Source: Macrostomum hystrix (lineage: Eukaryota > Animalia > Platyhelminthes). From it: a stretch of DNA of 64,000 nt. Location: assembly GCA_950097015.1 (NCBI GenBank), contig CATNEN010000003.1:5022001-5086000 (forward strand), in the 5' to 3' direction. A program made the position numbers and the translations under genes. The notes beneath the pieces are model-generated. The model saw only the letters and a list, made by a program, of their open reading frames with translations. It searched no databases and was not told where the DNA came from. Positions 13,013 through 24,398 of the stretch are shown in pieces; within the stretch, counting starts at the first letter, position 1; each line of letters begins with the position of its first letter.

Positions 13013-14029
13013 ATTCAGTTTGTACATTTAGGGTTGACTTAAAGAACAGGCACCACCAACCAAGCGTAATTTTTCGAGAAAAAAAGTAGTTTTTTAAATG
13101 CAAAGTTGCTTATGCCACATTCAATTTTAGTCATATGCTTTCGCGTCCTTATAATAATATTATAACAAATACTGACTTTTTGCTTACAATCCTTTTAACG
13201 GTCTAAGTTTTTACATAACTTCAACCTCGGTATTTAAACTATTATTGGTCCTGTTTTATTATTCTAATAGCATATTATGCTGTTAACAACTTTTGCGTAA
13301 TCTAATCAAGCTTTCTGTTTTTTTGCTTTTTACTCATGTTTATAATGCGTTTATAATAATTTATCATAAACACTCTACTGACTGCGGCTTTTACAATTTT
13401 TTTATTTACCCTAAAAAGTCTTGGATTTGATTCTTAACTAAATTCGCCAATATTTTCATGCTTGAAGCATAATTTTTCTGTTCTTGAATCTATTTTATTT
13501 GTTGTGCAATAATATATCATCTAATTGGCATGCATTAGTCACTTTAATCTTTTTTTCTGCTTCTCCCATGCCTTTATTTTCTGTTTTATAAGTTTGTTTT
13601 ATTTAAACGATATAAATATTGTAAAGGTACAGATTAATAGACAATCTAGAATGCCTATTTTTGCTGAATCTACCTGCAGTAGTATATATTAATATTTATA
13701 TTTAATTTAAATAAATCTGCAATGACATTAGACTTTTTTCTACCTAATTATTTTTTGCTTTAACCCTGTTTAAACACGTCTACAATTCAACAAAACAATT
13801 GCTTTGGCAATTCGAAATAATGTGATAACCTGACAATAGCTGATTGATGTGAAATTAAATAATTGACACGCTTCGATTTTTTTCGTTGTTTAACAAGTTC
13901 GAAAATAAATACTGCAATGTTTTATTTCGAAAGTTATAAATTTGTTGAATCAGCAGTTGTTCTAATTTTTTTTAACACTATAAGTATAAATAGTCTATAA
14001 AAATAGTCATTTAAGTATTTTATTTAGTA

Positions 14030-14303
14030 ATAATAAATAATTAATTTATAATAATAATAATAGATTGATCAGGTCAGATGTGCAGCCGACAGCACAGCCG
14101 CAGCTATTGCACGGCGCATCTGAAGGCTGCGTACGGCTGTTCAGTCCATGGACTGGGGGGACGCCACACCCGCCCTAAAATTACGCCAGCTAATTGTAAC
14201 AATGCAGAGTTAAGTGTCTTGCTAATAGACACGAATTGTTCAAGTGGAGTTAGAAATCGAACCCCCGACCTTCAAGTCGTAAGTGCTCTAAGCACTAGGC
14301 TAC
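14030..14303 (-). mobile_element. tRNA-derived SINE family 2 with CORE-like domain
   Basis: On - strand: A-box TAGCCTAGTGC, B-box GGTTCGATTTC, then GTGTCTATTAGCAAGACACTTAACTC resembling the CORE/MIR motif (GGGCAAGTCACTTAAC), and a (TTA)n tail. Confidence 0.6.
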
Positions 14304-14403
14304 AACTCTCTATTTGGTAACAATGTGGTTGAGGCCCAAAATTGTCTGATTTGGGCTAAGATTCGAACTCCGTAGTTCCAGTTGTCTAGCCTGCTTAACA
14401 CTC

Positions 14404-16097
14404 ATGCATCGAGGCGACTCAGCATCAGCGGCGGCGGCGGCAGACCCGCTAACTCGGACATTGCTCAGCCTGCAGTCCGCCATCAGCGCGTCGACATCCG
14501 CCGCCGCGGCAGCCGCCTCCGAGCGGAAGAAGCCACGCAAATCTGAGCACTACACGCAGCAGCAGCAGCAGCAGCAGCAGTCCACCAGAACTGCCGGCTC
14601 GTCAATGTCAATGTCCATGGACATTGGCTCCGGTGAATTCGGCGATTTCGACGACGTCATGTCGATGAATTCGCCGCCAGATTCCGTGATGCAGGCCGAC
14701 GCCGCCCGCAGGAATCTAAACAGCCGGTTGCTAAGCAGCGGCCGAATGAAACAGACTGGCAAGAAGGCTAACAAATCAATGGAAGTCCGCGCCAGCGACC
14801 TCCTTGGCTTCAAGAAGTTTAGCGGCCACATGCTCTGGTGCCGGGTGCAGAAGGCCAAACTGGCCGAGGGCGGCGGTGGCGGCGATTTCGGTGGCGGAGC
14901 TTCCGCGTCAGCCGACTTTGAAGATCAGCAGGTGAGTAGTTTATGCCTTCCTTCATCTAACTGAATATGTTCTGCCTTCTTAACCTTCATCTCACTTCAT
15001 ATATTCTGACCTTTCATCTCACCATCCAATCCTTTCTGACTGCTTTTTCTTTTTCAATTATTTTTTACCCTTCATCTCAGCCTGCAGTCCCTTCATTCGA
15101 CCCCTCCCCGCTCATATCCAGGTGGACAAGCGCAAGCTGCAGCAGCTGTGGCAGTACCTGCCCGAGAAGGAGAAGCGCCAGTGGAATGTCAAGGCCAGCC
15201 GACTGATGCGTCAGGCCGCCCGCATCGGCGCGCGCAGCTTCGGCGCCGGCGCCAGTCCGCGCCAGCTGGCCGATCATCGCGCTGTGGAGGCCGTCAAACG
15301 GCTGGCCGGCGAGCGGCGCCGACTGCAGGTCGGTCCCTCTTTGCCTGTCCTTTACCTGTAGCTCCGTGCTTGTCCTTCTGTGCCTGTCCTTCTGTGCCTG
15401 TCCCTCTGTGCCTGTCCTTCTGTGCCTGTCCCTCTGTGCCTGTCCTTCTGTGCCTGTCCTTCTGTGCCTGTCCCTAGCTGTGCCTGTCCTTCTGTGCCTG
15501 TCCCTAGCTGTGCCTGTCCCTAGCTGTGCCTGTATATGTGTGTCTGTCTTTGTTTGCCTGTGTTTGTCTGTCCTTCTGTACCTGTCCGTGTGTGTGTGTC
15601 TGCCTGCATCTTTCGGCTGTGTCTGTCTGGCTTTCTCTCTCTGTCTGTCTGTGTCTTAGCTGGCTTATGTACCTGCCAAATATATATTTTTTTCATTTTT
15701 ATTCCTATTTTTAGCTTGCATTAATTTGTTTTGTTTCAGTGAGCCATATAATTATCTTTTCTGTACGAGATTTATACCTGTCGCTCCTCTAATTATTTTG
15801 CTCATCAATTTCGCAGTTACAAATGGAGAAGGCCAAACTCGGCCGGTTCACCGCCCTAGACGTGGCCGCCCACCTGAAACTGCTCGGCGACTCGCTTCAA
15901 GCACTCGGCCTCCGGTTGAAGCGCGCCACCACGGTGTCTCACGCTGGTTCGCTGGCTGTTGTCACCGACTCATTACTCTGCGCCTTGGTCTGCTTGCACT
16001 GCTTGGCTACTCAGGCGCCTGGCATTGCCGAAGCTGTGGATGTGGCCGAAGCTGCTGACAGTCTGGACAACTGCGCCTTCTTCATGCCCGGCCTGGC

Positions 16098-16136
<39 letters not shown>

Positions 16137-16152
16137 TTCACACTCAGGCTGA
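14404..16152 (+). CDS. HMGXB4: HMG box domain-containing protein 4 homologue (3 exons, ~356 aa)
   Basis: Exons 14404-14931, 15122-15328, 15817-16152 (1071 nt). HMG box KKFSGHMLWC...LQQLWQYLPEKEKRQWNVKA. C-terminus DVAAHLKLLGDSL..GSLAVVTDSLLCAL..LDNCAFFMPGL matches the recalled HMGXB4 C-terminal motif (DVAAHLQLLGESL..LDNIAYIMPGL). Start codon is less certain. Confidence 0.88.
15340..15660. repeat. Degenerate ~14-bp CTGTGCCTGTCCTT / TG-rich repeat in HMGXB4 intron 2
   Basis: Tandem units begin just after the donor at 15329. Confidence 0.8.
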
Positions 16153-17295
16153 GGCTAATCCGACTATAATCTCGGTGACATGTTGGCAGCTTTTACGGTA
16201 TTTAAAGTTCTCTCTATCTTTGTTGTGTCTATTCTCTTTTTTCTCCTCTCCTTTCAAATCACCTGTCATCTACTCCCATCTCTCATCTCTCATCTCTCAT
16301 ATCTCATCTCCTCTCATTTGTCATATCTCATCTCCTCTCATTTGTCATATCTCATCTCTTCTTATCTCTCATATCTCATCTCCTCTCATCTCTCCTTCTT
16401 CTGTAGCTCTTGTCGGCTATTCTCAAAATCGTATGTTAGTATTTATTTACATTCTGTTTATTCAAAGCAAAGTATATATTTTTCCATCTGTAATATCAAT
16501 TTCCATTTCAACGAGTCTGTTTGTCGGTGTCTGCAAGTATTTGCATAAAATCTAATAATACGCTTTCTATATAGCCTACATTCATGATGCAATCATTGTG
16601 CAACAATAATACTTTGTAAATCGTGTTTAACGTTAAATATACTAATTTATACTATGCATTTGGTGTGGCACACCTAAAGTAATTTGCTGTTAAATAACTG
16701 TAAAATACTTGGTGCTTTTGTATTTTCCTTATCGAAATGTGAAAATATCTATTGCTATGCGGAAGGCATCACGACTGTTTAGTTGAAAAAGCTAAAAAAA
16801 ATGTTTTTCGTATGCTTGGGCAAAGTTCGTGACACAAAAAATTATAAATATACGAGTAATAGCTTTACATTAAACCTCATTTATGGTAATATCAGTGTGC
16901 TACTTAAAATTGTAATTTGTTTTTTTTGTGAAGTAGCATCAATGATTCGCCAGTATACGTGACAGATTCTCCAATCAATGATTGATTCGAAATAACAGGA
17001 AAAAATCTATTTTTAACAGTACGAGTAAAACTACCAAGTGGAAATTCTCCCCTCCCCTAACAATTTTTTCTGCTGCACCCGAGCGGAGCAACGCAAGCAC
17101 ACGAAACTCATGAAAAAGGGCCTGTTGCGCATCGTCAGTAACATTTATGAAGTCGCCAGCTCTTCGGACCATCGAGATATTCAATCGAGATTGCGCCTCA
17201 GTTCGGCCTTGCCAGGCCTTCAAACTTTATCAGCATGTCACCTGAATGTGCCTACATCATCTCCGTCTTCGGTGGTCACCTATATTTATCTAGAC

Positions 17296-20200
17296 CAGGG
17301 GTCGGCAAACTCCGGCCCGCGGGCCAGATGCGGCCCTCGAAGCTCCCAAATCCGGCCCGTTGCCCCTTCCAACACCTATAGTATCATCTCATCTCTCATC
17401 TCTCCCGTGTCTCATCTCTCCCGTGTCTCATCTCTCCCATGTCTCATTTCTCCCGTGTCTCATCTCTCCCGTGTCTCATCTCTCCCGTGTCTCATCTCTC
17501 CCGTGTCTCATTTCTCCCGTGTCTCATCTCTCCCGTGTCTCATCTCTCCCGTGTCTCATCTCTCCCGTGTCTCATCTTTCCCGTGTCTCAACTCTCCCGT
17601 GTCTCATCTCTCCCGTGTCTCATCTCTCCCGTGTCTCATCTTTCCCGTGTCTCATCTCTCCCGTGTCTCATTTCTCCCGTGTCTCATCTCTCCCGTGTCT
17701 CATCTCTCCCGTGTCTCATCTCTCCCGTGTCTCATTTCTCCCGTGTCTCATCTCTCCCGTGTCTCATCTCTCCCGTGTCTCATTTATCCCGTGTCTCATC
17801 TCTCCCGTGTCTCATCTCTCCCGTGTCTCATCTCTCCCGTGTCTCATCTCTCCCGTGTCTCATCTCTCCCGTGTCTCATTTATCCCGTGTCTCATCTCTC
17901 CCGTGTCTCATTTATCCCGTGTCTCATCTCTCCCGTGTCTCATCTTTCCCGTGTCTCAACTCTCCCGTGTCTATCTCTCCCGTGCCTCATCTCTCCCGTG
18001 TCTCATCTCTCCCGTGTCTCATTTATCCCGTGTCTCATCTCTCCCGTGTCTCATCTTTCCCGTGTCTCAACTCTCCCGTGTCTCATCTCTCCCGTGTCTC
18101 ATCTCTCCCGTGTCTCATCTCTCCCGTGTCTCATTTATCCCGTGTCTCATCTCTCCCGTGTCTCATCTCTCCCGTGTCTCATCTTTCCCGTGTCTCATTT
18201 ATCCCGTGTCTCATCTCTCCCGTGTCTCATCTTTCCCGTGTCTCAACTCTCCCGTGTCTCATCTTTCCCGTGTCTCATCTCTCCCGTGTCTCATTTCTCC
18301 CGTGTCTCATCTCTCCCGTGTCTCATCTCTTCCGTGTCTCATTTATCCCGTGTCTCATCTCTCCCGTGTCTCATCTCTCCCGTGTCTCATCTCTCCCGTG
18401 TCTCATTTCTCCCGTGTCTCATCTCTCCCGTGTCTCATCTCTCCCGTGTCTCATTTATCCCCTGTCTCATCTCTCCCGTGTCTCATCTCTCCCGTGTCTC
18501 ATCTCTCCCGTGTCTCATTTATCCCGTGTCTCATCTCTCCCGTGTCTCATCTCTCCCGTGTCTCATTTATCCCGTGTCTCATCTCTCCCGTGTCTCATTT
18601 ATCCCGTGTCTCATCTCTCCCGTGTCTCATCTTTCCCGTGTCTCAACTCTCCCGTGTCTATCTCTCCCGTGTCTCATCTCTCCCGTGTCTCATCTCTCCC
18701 GTGTCTCATTTATCCCGTGTCTCATCTCTCCCGTGTCTCATCTCTCCCGTGTCTCATCTCTCCCGTGTCTCATTTCTCCCGTGTCTCATCTCTCCCGTGT
18801 CTCATCTCTCCCGTGTCTCATCTCTCCCGTGTCTCATCTCTCCCGTGTCTCATCTCTCCCGTGTCTCATCTCTCCCGTGTCTCATTTATCCCGTGTCTCA
18901 TCTCTCCCGTGTCTCATCTCTCCCGTGTCTCATCTCTCCCGTGTCTCATTTATCCCGTGTCTCATCTCTCCCGTGTCTCATCTCTCCCGTGTCTCATCTT
19001 TCCCGTGTCTCATTTATCCCGTGTCTCATCTCTCCCGTGTCTCATCTTTCCCGTGTCTCAACTCTCCCGTGTCTCATCTTTCCCGTGTCTCATCTCTCCC
19101 GTGTCTCATTTCTCCCGTGTCTCATCTCTCCCGTGTCTCATCTCTTCCGTGTCTCATTTATCCCGTGTCTCATCTCTCCCGTGTCTCATCTCTCCCGTGT
19201 CTCATCTCTCCCGTGTCTCATTTCTCCCGTGTCTCATCTCTCCCGTGTCTCATCTCTCCCGTGTCTCATTTATCCCCTGTCTCATCTCTCCCGTGTCTCA
19301 TCTCTCCCGTGTCTCATCTCTCCCGTGTCTCATTTATCCCGTGTCTCATCTCTCCCGTGTCTCATCTCTCCCGTGTCTCATTTATCCCGTGTCTCATCTC
19401 TCCCGTGTCTCATTTATCCCGTGTCTCATCTCTCCCGTGTCTCATCTTTCCCGTGTCTCAACTCTCCCGTGTCTATCTCTCCCGTGTCTCATCTCTCCCG
19501 TGTCTCATCTCTCCCGTGTCTCATTTATCCCGTGTCTCATCTCTCCCGTGTCTCATCTCTCCCGTGTCTCATCTCTCCCGTGTCTCATTTCTCCCGTGTC
19601 TCATCTCTCCCGTGTCTCATCTCTCCCGTGTCTCATCTCTCCCGTGTCTCATCTCTCCCGTGTCTCATCTCTCCCGTGTCTCATCTCTCCCGTGTCTCAT
19701 TTATCCCGTGTCTCATCTCTCCCGTGTCTCATCTCTCCCTTGTCTCATCTCTCCCGTGTCTCATTTATCCCCTGTCTCATCTCTCCCGTGCCTCATCTCT
19801 CCCGTGTCTCATCTCTCCCGTGTCTCATTTCTCCCGTGTCTCATCTCTCCCGTGTCTCATCTCTCCCGTGTCTCATCTCTCCCGTGTCTCATCTCTCCCG
19901 TGTCTCATCTCTCCCGTGTCTCATTTATCCCGTGTCTCATCTCTCCCGTGTCTCATCTCTCCCTTGTCTCATCTCTCCCGTGTCTCATTTATCCCCTGTC
20001 TCATCTCTCCCGTGCCTCATCTCTCCCGTGTCTCATCTTTCCCGTGTCTCAACTCTCCCGTGTCTCATCTCTCCCGTGTCTCATCTCTCCCGTGTCTCAT
20101 CTCTCCCGTGTCTCATTTATCCCGTGTCTCATCTCTCCCGTGTCTCATCTCTCCCGTGTCTCATCTCTCCCGTGTCTCATTTCTCCCGTGTCTCATCTCT

Positions 20201-21217
20201 CCCGTGTCTCATCTCTCCCGTGTCTCATCTCTCCCGTGTCTCATCTCTCCCGTGTCTCATCTCTCCCGTGTCTCATCTCTCCCGTGTCTCATTTATCCCG
20301 TGTCTCATCTCTCCCGTGTCTCATCTCTCCCTTGTCTCATCTCTCCCGTGTCTCATTTATCCCCTGTCTCATCTCTCCCGTGCCTCATCTCTCCCTTGTC
20401 TCATCTCTCCCGTGTCTCATTTATCCCCTGTCTCATCTCTCCCGTGCCTCATCTCTCCCGTGTCTCATCTCTCCCGTGTCTCATCTCTCCCGTGTCTCAT
20501 CTCTCCCGTGTCTCATTTATCCCCTGTCTTATCTCTCCCGTGTCTCATCTTTCCCGTGTCTCAACTCTCCCGTGTCTCATCTCTACCGTGTCTCATCTCT
20601 CCCGTGTCTCATTTATCCCGTGTCTCATCTCTCCCGTGTCTCATTTATCCCGTGTCTCATCTCTCCCGTGTCTCATCTCTCCCTTGTCTCATCTCTCCCG
20701 TGTCTCATTTATCCCCTGTCTCATCTCTCCCGTGCCTCATCTCTCCCGTGTCTCATCTCTCCCGTGTCTCATCTCTCCCGTGTCTCATCTCTCCCTTGTC
20801 TCATCTCTCCCGTGTCTCATTTATCCCCTGTCTCATCTTTCCCGTGTCTCAACTCTCCCGTGTCTCATCTCTCCCGTGTCTCATCTCTCCCGTGTCTCAT
20901 CTCCCGTGTCTCATTTATCCCGTGTCTCATCTCTCCCGTGTCTCATCTCTCCCGTGTCTCATCTCTCCCGTGTCTCAACTCTCCCGTGTCTCATCTCTCC
21001 CGTGTCTCATCTCTCCCGTGTCTCATCTCTCCCGTGTCTCATCTCTCCCGTGTCTCATCTCTCCCGTGTCTCATCTCTCCCGTGTCTCATTTATCCCGTG
21101 TCTATCTCTCCCGTGTCTCATCTCTTCCTTATATCATATTTCTATAATCAAAGCGGCCCGCTGTCGTCTTTTAGATTCTCTCTTTGGCCCGCCAGCAAAT
21201 AAGTTTGCCGACCCCTG
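17296..21217 (+). mobile_element. Non-autonomous hAT (Charlie-like) MITE copy 1 with ~3.75 kb internal 16-bp satellite
   Basis: TIRs CAGGGGTCGGCAAACT/AGTTTGCCGACCCCTG; 8-bp TSD ATCTAGAC at 17288-17295 and 21218-21225; GGCCCGCGGGCC subterminal motif. Confidence 0.93.
17385..21125. repeat. 16-bp satellite (TCTCATCTCTCCCGTG), ~230 copies
   Basis: Direct observation; explains the three >1200-aa pseudo-ORFs. Confidence 0.97.
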
Positions 21218-21552
21218 ATCTAGACGGACTGCTGGACCCTCAAGGGCTGCAACAGGTGGAAGGAACTAGGCCACTATGGCACTATGGACACCCTGACGCG
21301 AACTTCTCCGATTTCCCTGGTGAAGCCTATAATTCCCCCTCCCCAAGTCTGTCAACCAATCAGTCATCACCCAACGCTGTTGGCATTCGTGCGCTGCCAA
21401 AAAAATGTCGGGGTAATCCCCTTGGTAAAAAACAGGAGGCAGAATGGCTTTGTAGGCCTACTGTTTAGAATCGAAATAATTATAACGAATCAGTAAGTCA
21501 ATAAGTGGCATTTATCTAATTGTGTACAATATATGTCACAGTTGAAAATCAT

Positions 21553-23532
21553 TCAGCACAAAATTAGCTGGCAGCAAAGAAACGAAATGCTCATCACCTG
21601 AAGTAGTTGAACTAAGGCTGGAACTCCAGTTTTGGAAGCATTGTCTATTAAAAATATTTTACGAGATTTTGTCGGTCTACTTTCCACGGCTTTGATTTTA
21701 GATTTTCTGTCTCGCCTGATGATCTGGCTGTACGAGTTTTTGATGCTGCAGCTCCTTCTGTTCTTGTCAGCTGAGTCCGGGAAGCTCAACAAGGACAGCA
21801 TCGGAGCATCGCAGTCGTTGAACTCAATAGGCGCCTCGGTGAGCCAATCTCGCATTGTCACATTGGCACAATTGCCATTTAATCGGTTTACATCCCGTCT
21901 GTGAAAATGTTTGCAAATATTATGACAATAAAAGCATCATTTTTAGGAGGTGATCGTGGCAGAGCGGTTTAACGCCTCTTGCGCCAAGGTCCCTGAGCTC
22001 GATTCCGATTCCACGGAACGAAGGCTTGGAGGGAAATTTAACCCCTCGATAAAGCAGTGAAAAGTTAAACTGCCCGACAATGAAAAATTCAAGTTCGGAG
22101 CTGCATGAGTCTGTGCTCAGGAGACAAAGTATTGGGCAGAATTGCGTCCTGGCTGGCTGCGGGTTCTAGTGTCACCAAATCCTGCAATTATAAATATTAT
22201 ATTTCATCTGTACATGTGCCCTAACTTTCTCATCGTGGGGATCGTACAAGGACTAGTAATTAGCAGAAAAACAATCCGGAAAAGGTCCCTAATTATGTGT
22301 ACAGAATTAAAAAAATGCTCACGTCATTTCGCTTGAATCGTCAACAGGGCTTAATTGGCAACGGCCTTCGCCGTTCCTGACGATGGTAAGTACTGTAGCC
22401 TCTTTTTCACTGAAGAACAGGCCAAGTCGTATTGGCTGGGTCGATGTTGAACTATTCGCTGTTTTATCTGTCAAATCTAGTATTTGGGATTTAATAGATA
22501 TGACTCTTATGCTCGGAATGCATCGTGTTGAACCCCCTGTCATCAATGACCTCTGACCCAGTGGACTCACACGTAGCGAAGAATTCTTTCATCTCAGCGA
22601 TGCTGCCGAAGCTGGCGAGTTGGGCGTCTCCGCCAAGGCTTTCCATGGCCTCTGTTGCAGTTTGCTTAGTGCTGCTAACCAAGTAGCACCTGCCGCGCCA
22701 GCTGAACAGGCCAGTGCCGCAGTTGCCAGGCAAGGGTACCAACAGTCTCAGACTAAATAGACTGTTCGAATGAGTTCGCGGGTCCCAGACGCTCTGCACT
22801 GTCAGTTTCCTGATGGAATAGTGGCATTCCGATTTGGTTCATTTATAATACGGATTAAACTTCGAGAGCAGCCGAGTAACCAAAGATACAAAGATAGTGA
22901 TGCTCCCGCATAGGGGGCGCCCCCCCCTAGAGGCGCCCCCCTAGAGGCGCCCCACCCCCTAGACAAAAATCCTGGCTACGCCACTGAAGCTGTTGACCCG
23001 ATCGTTCCATTGAAACAAAGAAGTAACTCTGGGGCCTACTCATAAAATGTTGTATAACTCACCTGCTATCGATTTGATAGACGTGAAGCAATCCTGAAGT
23101 GACGTCCACCTCAGCGGTGTCGCTCCAACGGAAAGTCAGGCCAGCCCTATTCTGATAGTTAGTTATGGTCGATTTGTCAGTAGGCCCGGAGACAGCTTGC
23201 AGAACCACTTGCCGACTGAAAGCGCTGAAGCCCTGATCAAAGCTGATATCCCACTTGCATCGCCTCAATTCGGTGTTTTCCGGCACTTCATGAAATATCG
23301 GATTTAGTTGAGCGTCGAAAAGTACAATGGGTTGGTCGTGCTGTACTTCCAGATCTTGTTCACGAATGATGCAATAGTGATGTCTTGATTCACACCTGAA
23401 ATTGGTCAATGTTGCTGTTGAGATTAACTCTATTTTGCAGTAAATTGGTAATGTTAGACGATATGTGACTTACCTTTGAGTCAATATACACAACGCGAAC
23501 AGGGCAGTCAAGGGTAGGCCTAACTGCTTCAT
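21553..23532 (-). CDS. Paralogue A: CUB-like + C-type-lectin-like surface protein, GPI-signal-like C-terminus (~376 aa)
   Basis: Exons 23532-23474 (signal peptide MKQLGLPLTALFALCILTQ), 23395-23063, 22809-22571, 22476-22323, 21898-21553. 1131 nt, in phase, GT-AG. Homologous to paralogues B-D. Confidence 0.72.
21947..22200 (+). mobile_element. SINE family 1, degenerate copy in last intron of paralogue A
   Basis: A-box GTGGCAGAGCGG, B-box-like GCTCGATTCC, and GCTGCGGGTTCTAGTGTCAC shared with the 33.5 kb copy. Confidence 0.65.
22911..22986. mobile_element. Fragment (one end) of a hAT MITE
   Basis: GGCGCCCCCC repeats ending in CCTGGCTACGCCACTG, similar to the CAGTGGCG TIR of the MITE at 45 kb; no matching left end or TSD. 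Confidence 0.45.
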
Positions 23533-24398
23533 TTCACAGTAGCAAAAACTATAAATGTTGAATTGTTCCGACAAGCGCAAAAGAATTTCAATATGGAAGT
23601 ATATTTTCACAGTTCGTGTGTGAATCAAAAACGCCTATGTATATAAAAACAAATGTACATTATTATGCTATCTGTGCCCTCTTAGTCGCAGGGTCTACTC
23701 AAAGTTTTGTACTCAAAAGACCTGGATTCGCCAGCAAGCTTTGCTCATATTTTCTTCGAGTGAGAAAATAAACTTGCCTTGCGCTGAAGTTCCCTTTTTA
23801 AAAGTGCGCACGCTGAGCAATCGCAAGCCGGCGTGATAACAATCTAGATGTATACCAGACAAGTGTGTAGATTTGGTGAATGACTCATTATAGCCGTTGC
23901 AAGTCGGGCCCTGTGACAATGCTATTTTTTGCCGACGCACACTAGAAAGACAATTTCGTTCTAACTCAGTGACTCTCAGGGACTGGCATGGGTGCGAGGG
24001 TCGGCCAAGCGACAGATACGCCTCACACCTCAATTGAAAACTTTTTTCTACCTTTTGGAAAGGTATTTTGAATCTCCAGTTAGGCATTGTATTTTTTAGC
24101 GTTAATACAAACAAACAAATATTGAAAAAATAAGTCAACAGCATGTAACATAATAATAGCACAATGAATAGCATAGCGTTAAAGCATAACTTCTGCGCTC
24201 GACATTTATATGCAATAGATAGTTTCCAATGAGTAGTTTTTGTGTGGTTTCACTAGCCAGTTGGCCAGGTATTTGGCCTAATTACAACTAAAAAATCTTT
24301 TTAATTTTGAATTTCAAGGCGATGCGTCATCAGTTTCATCCGATTCCAATTGAATGTCAGGCGATGCTTCGGGCGGTCTTTGATACAAAATTGAATAG

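Noticed and set aside
17038-21218. Three 1259-1369 aa ORFs
   Set aside because: Stop-free 16-bp satellite inside a MITE; the same peptide appears in all three frames.
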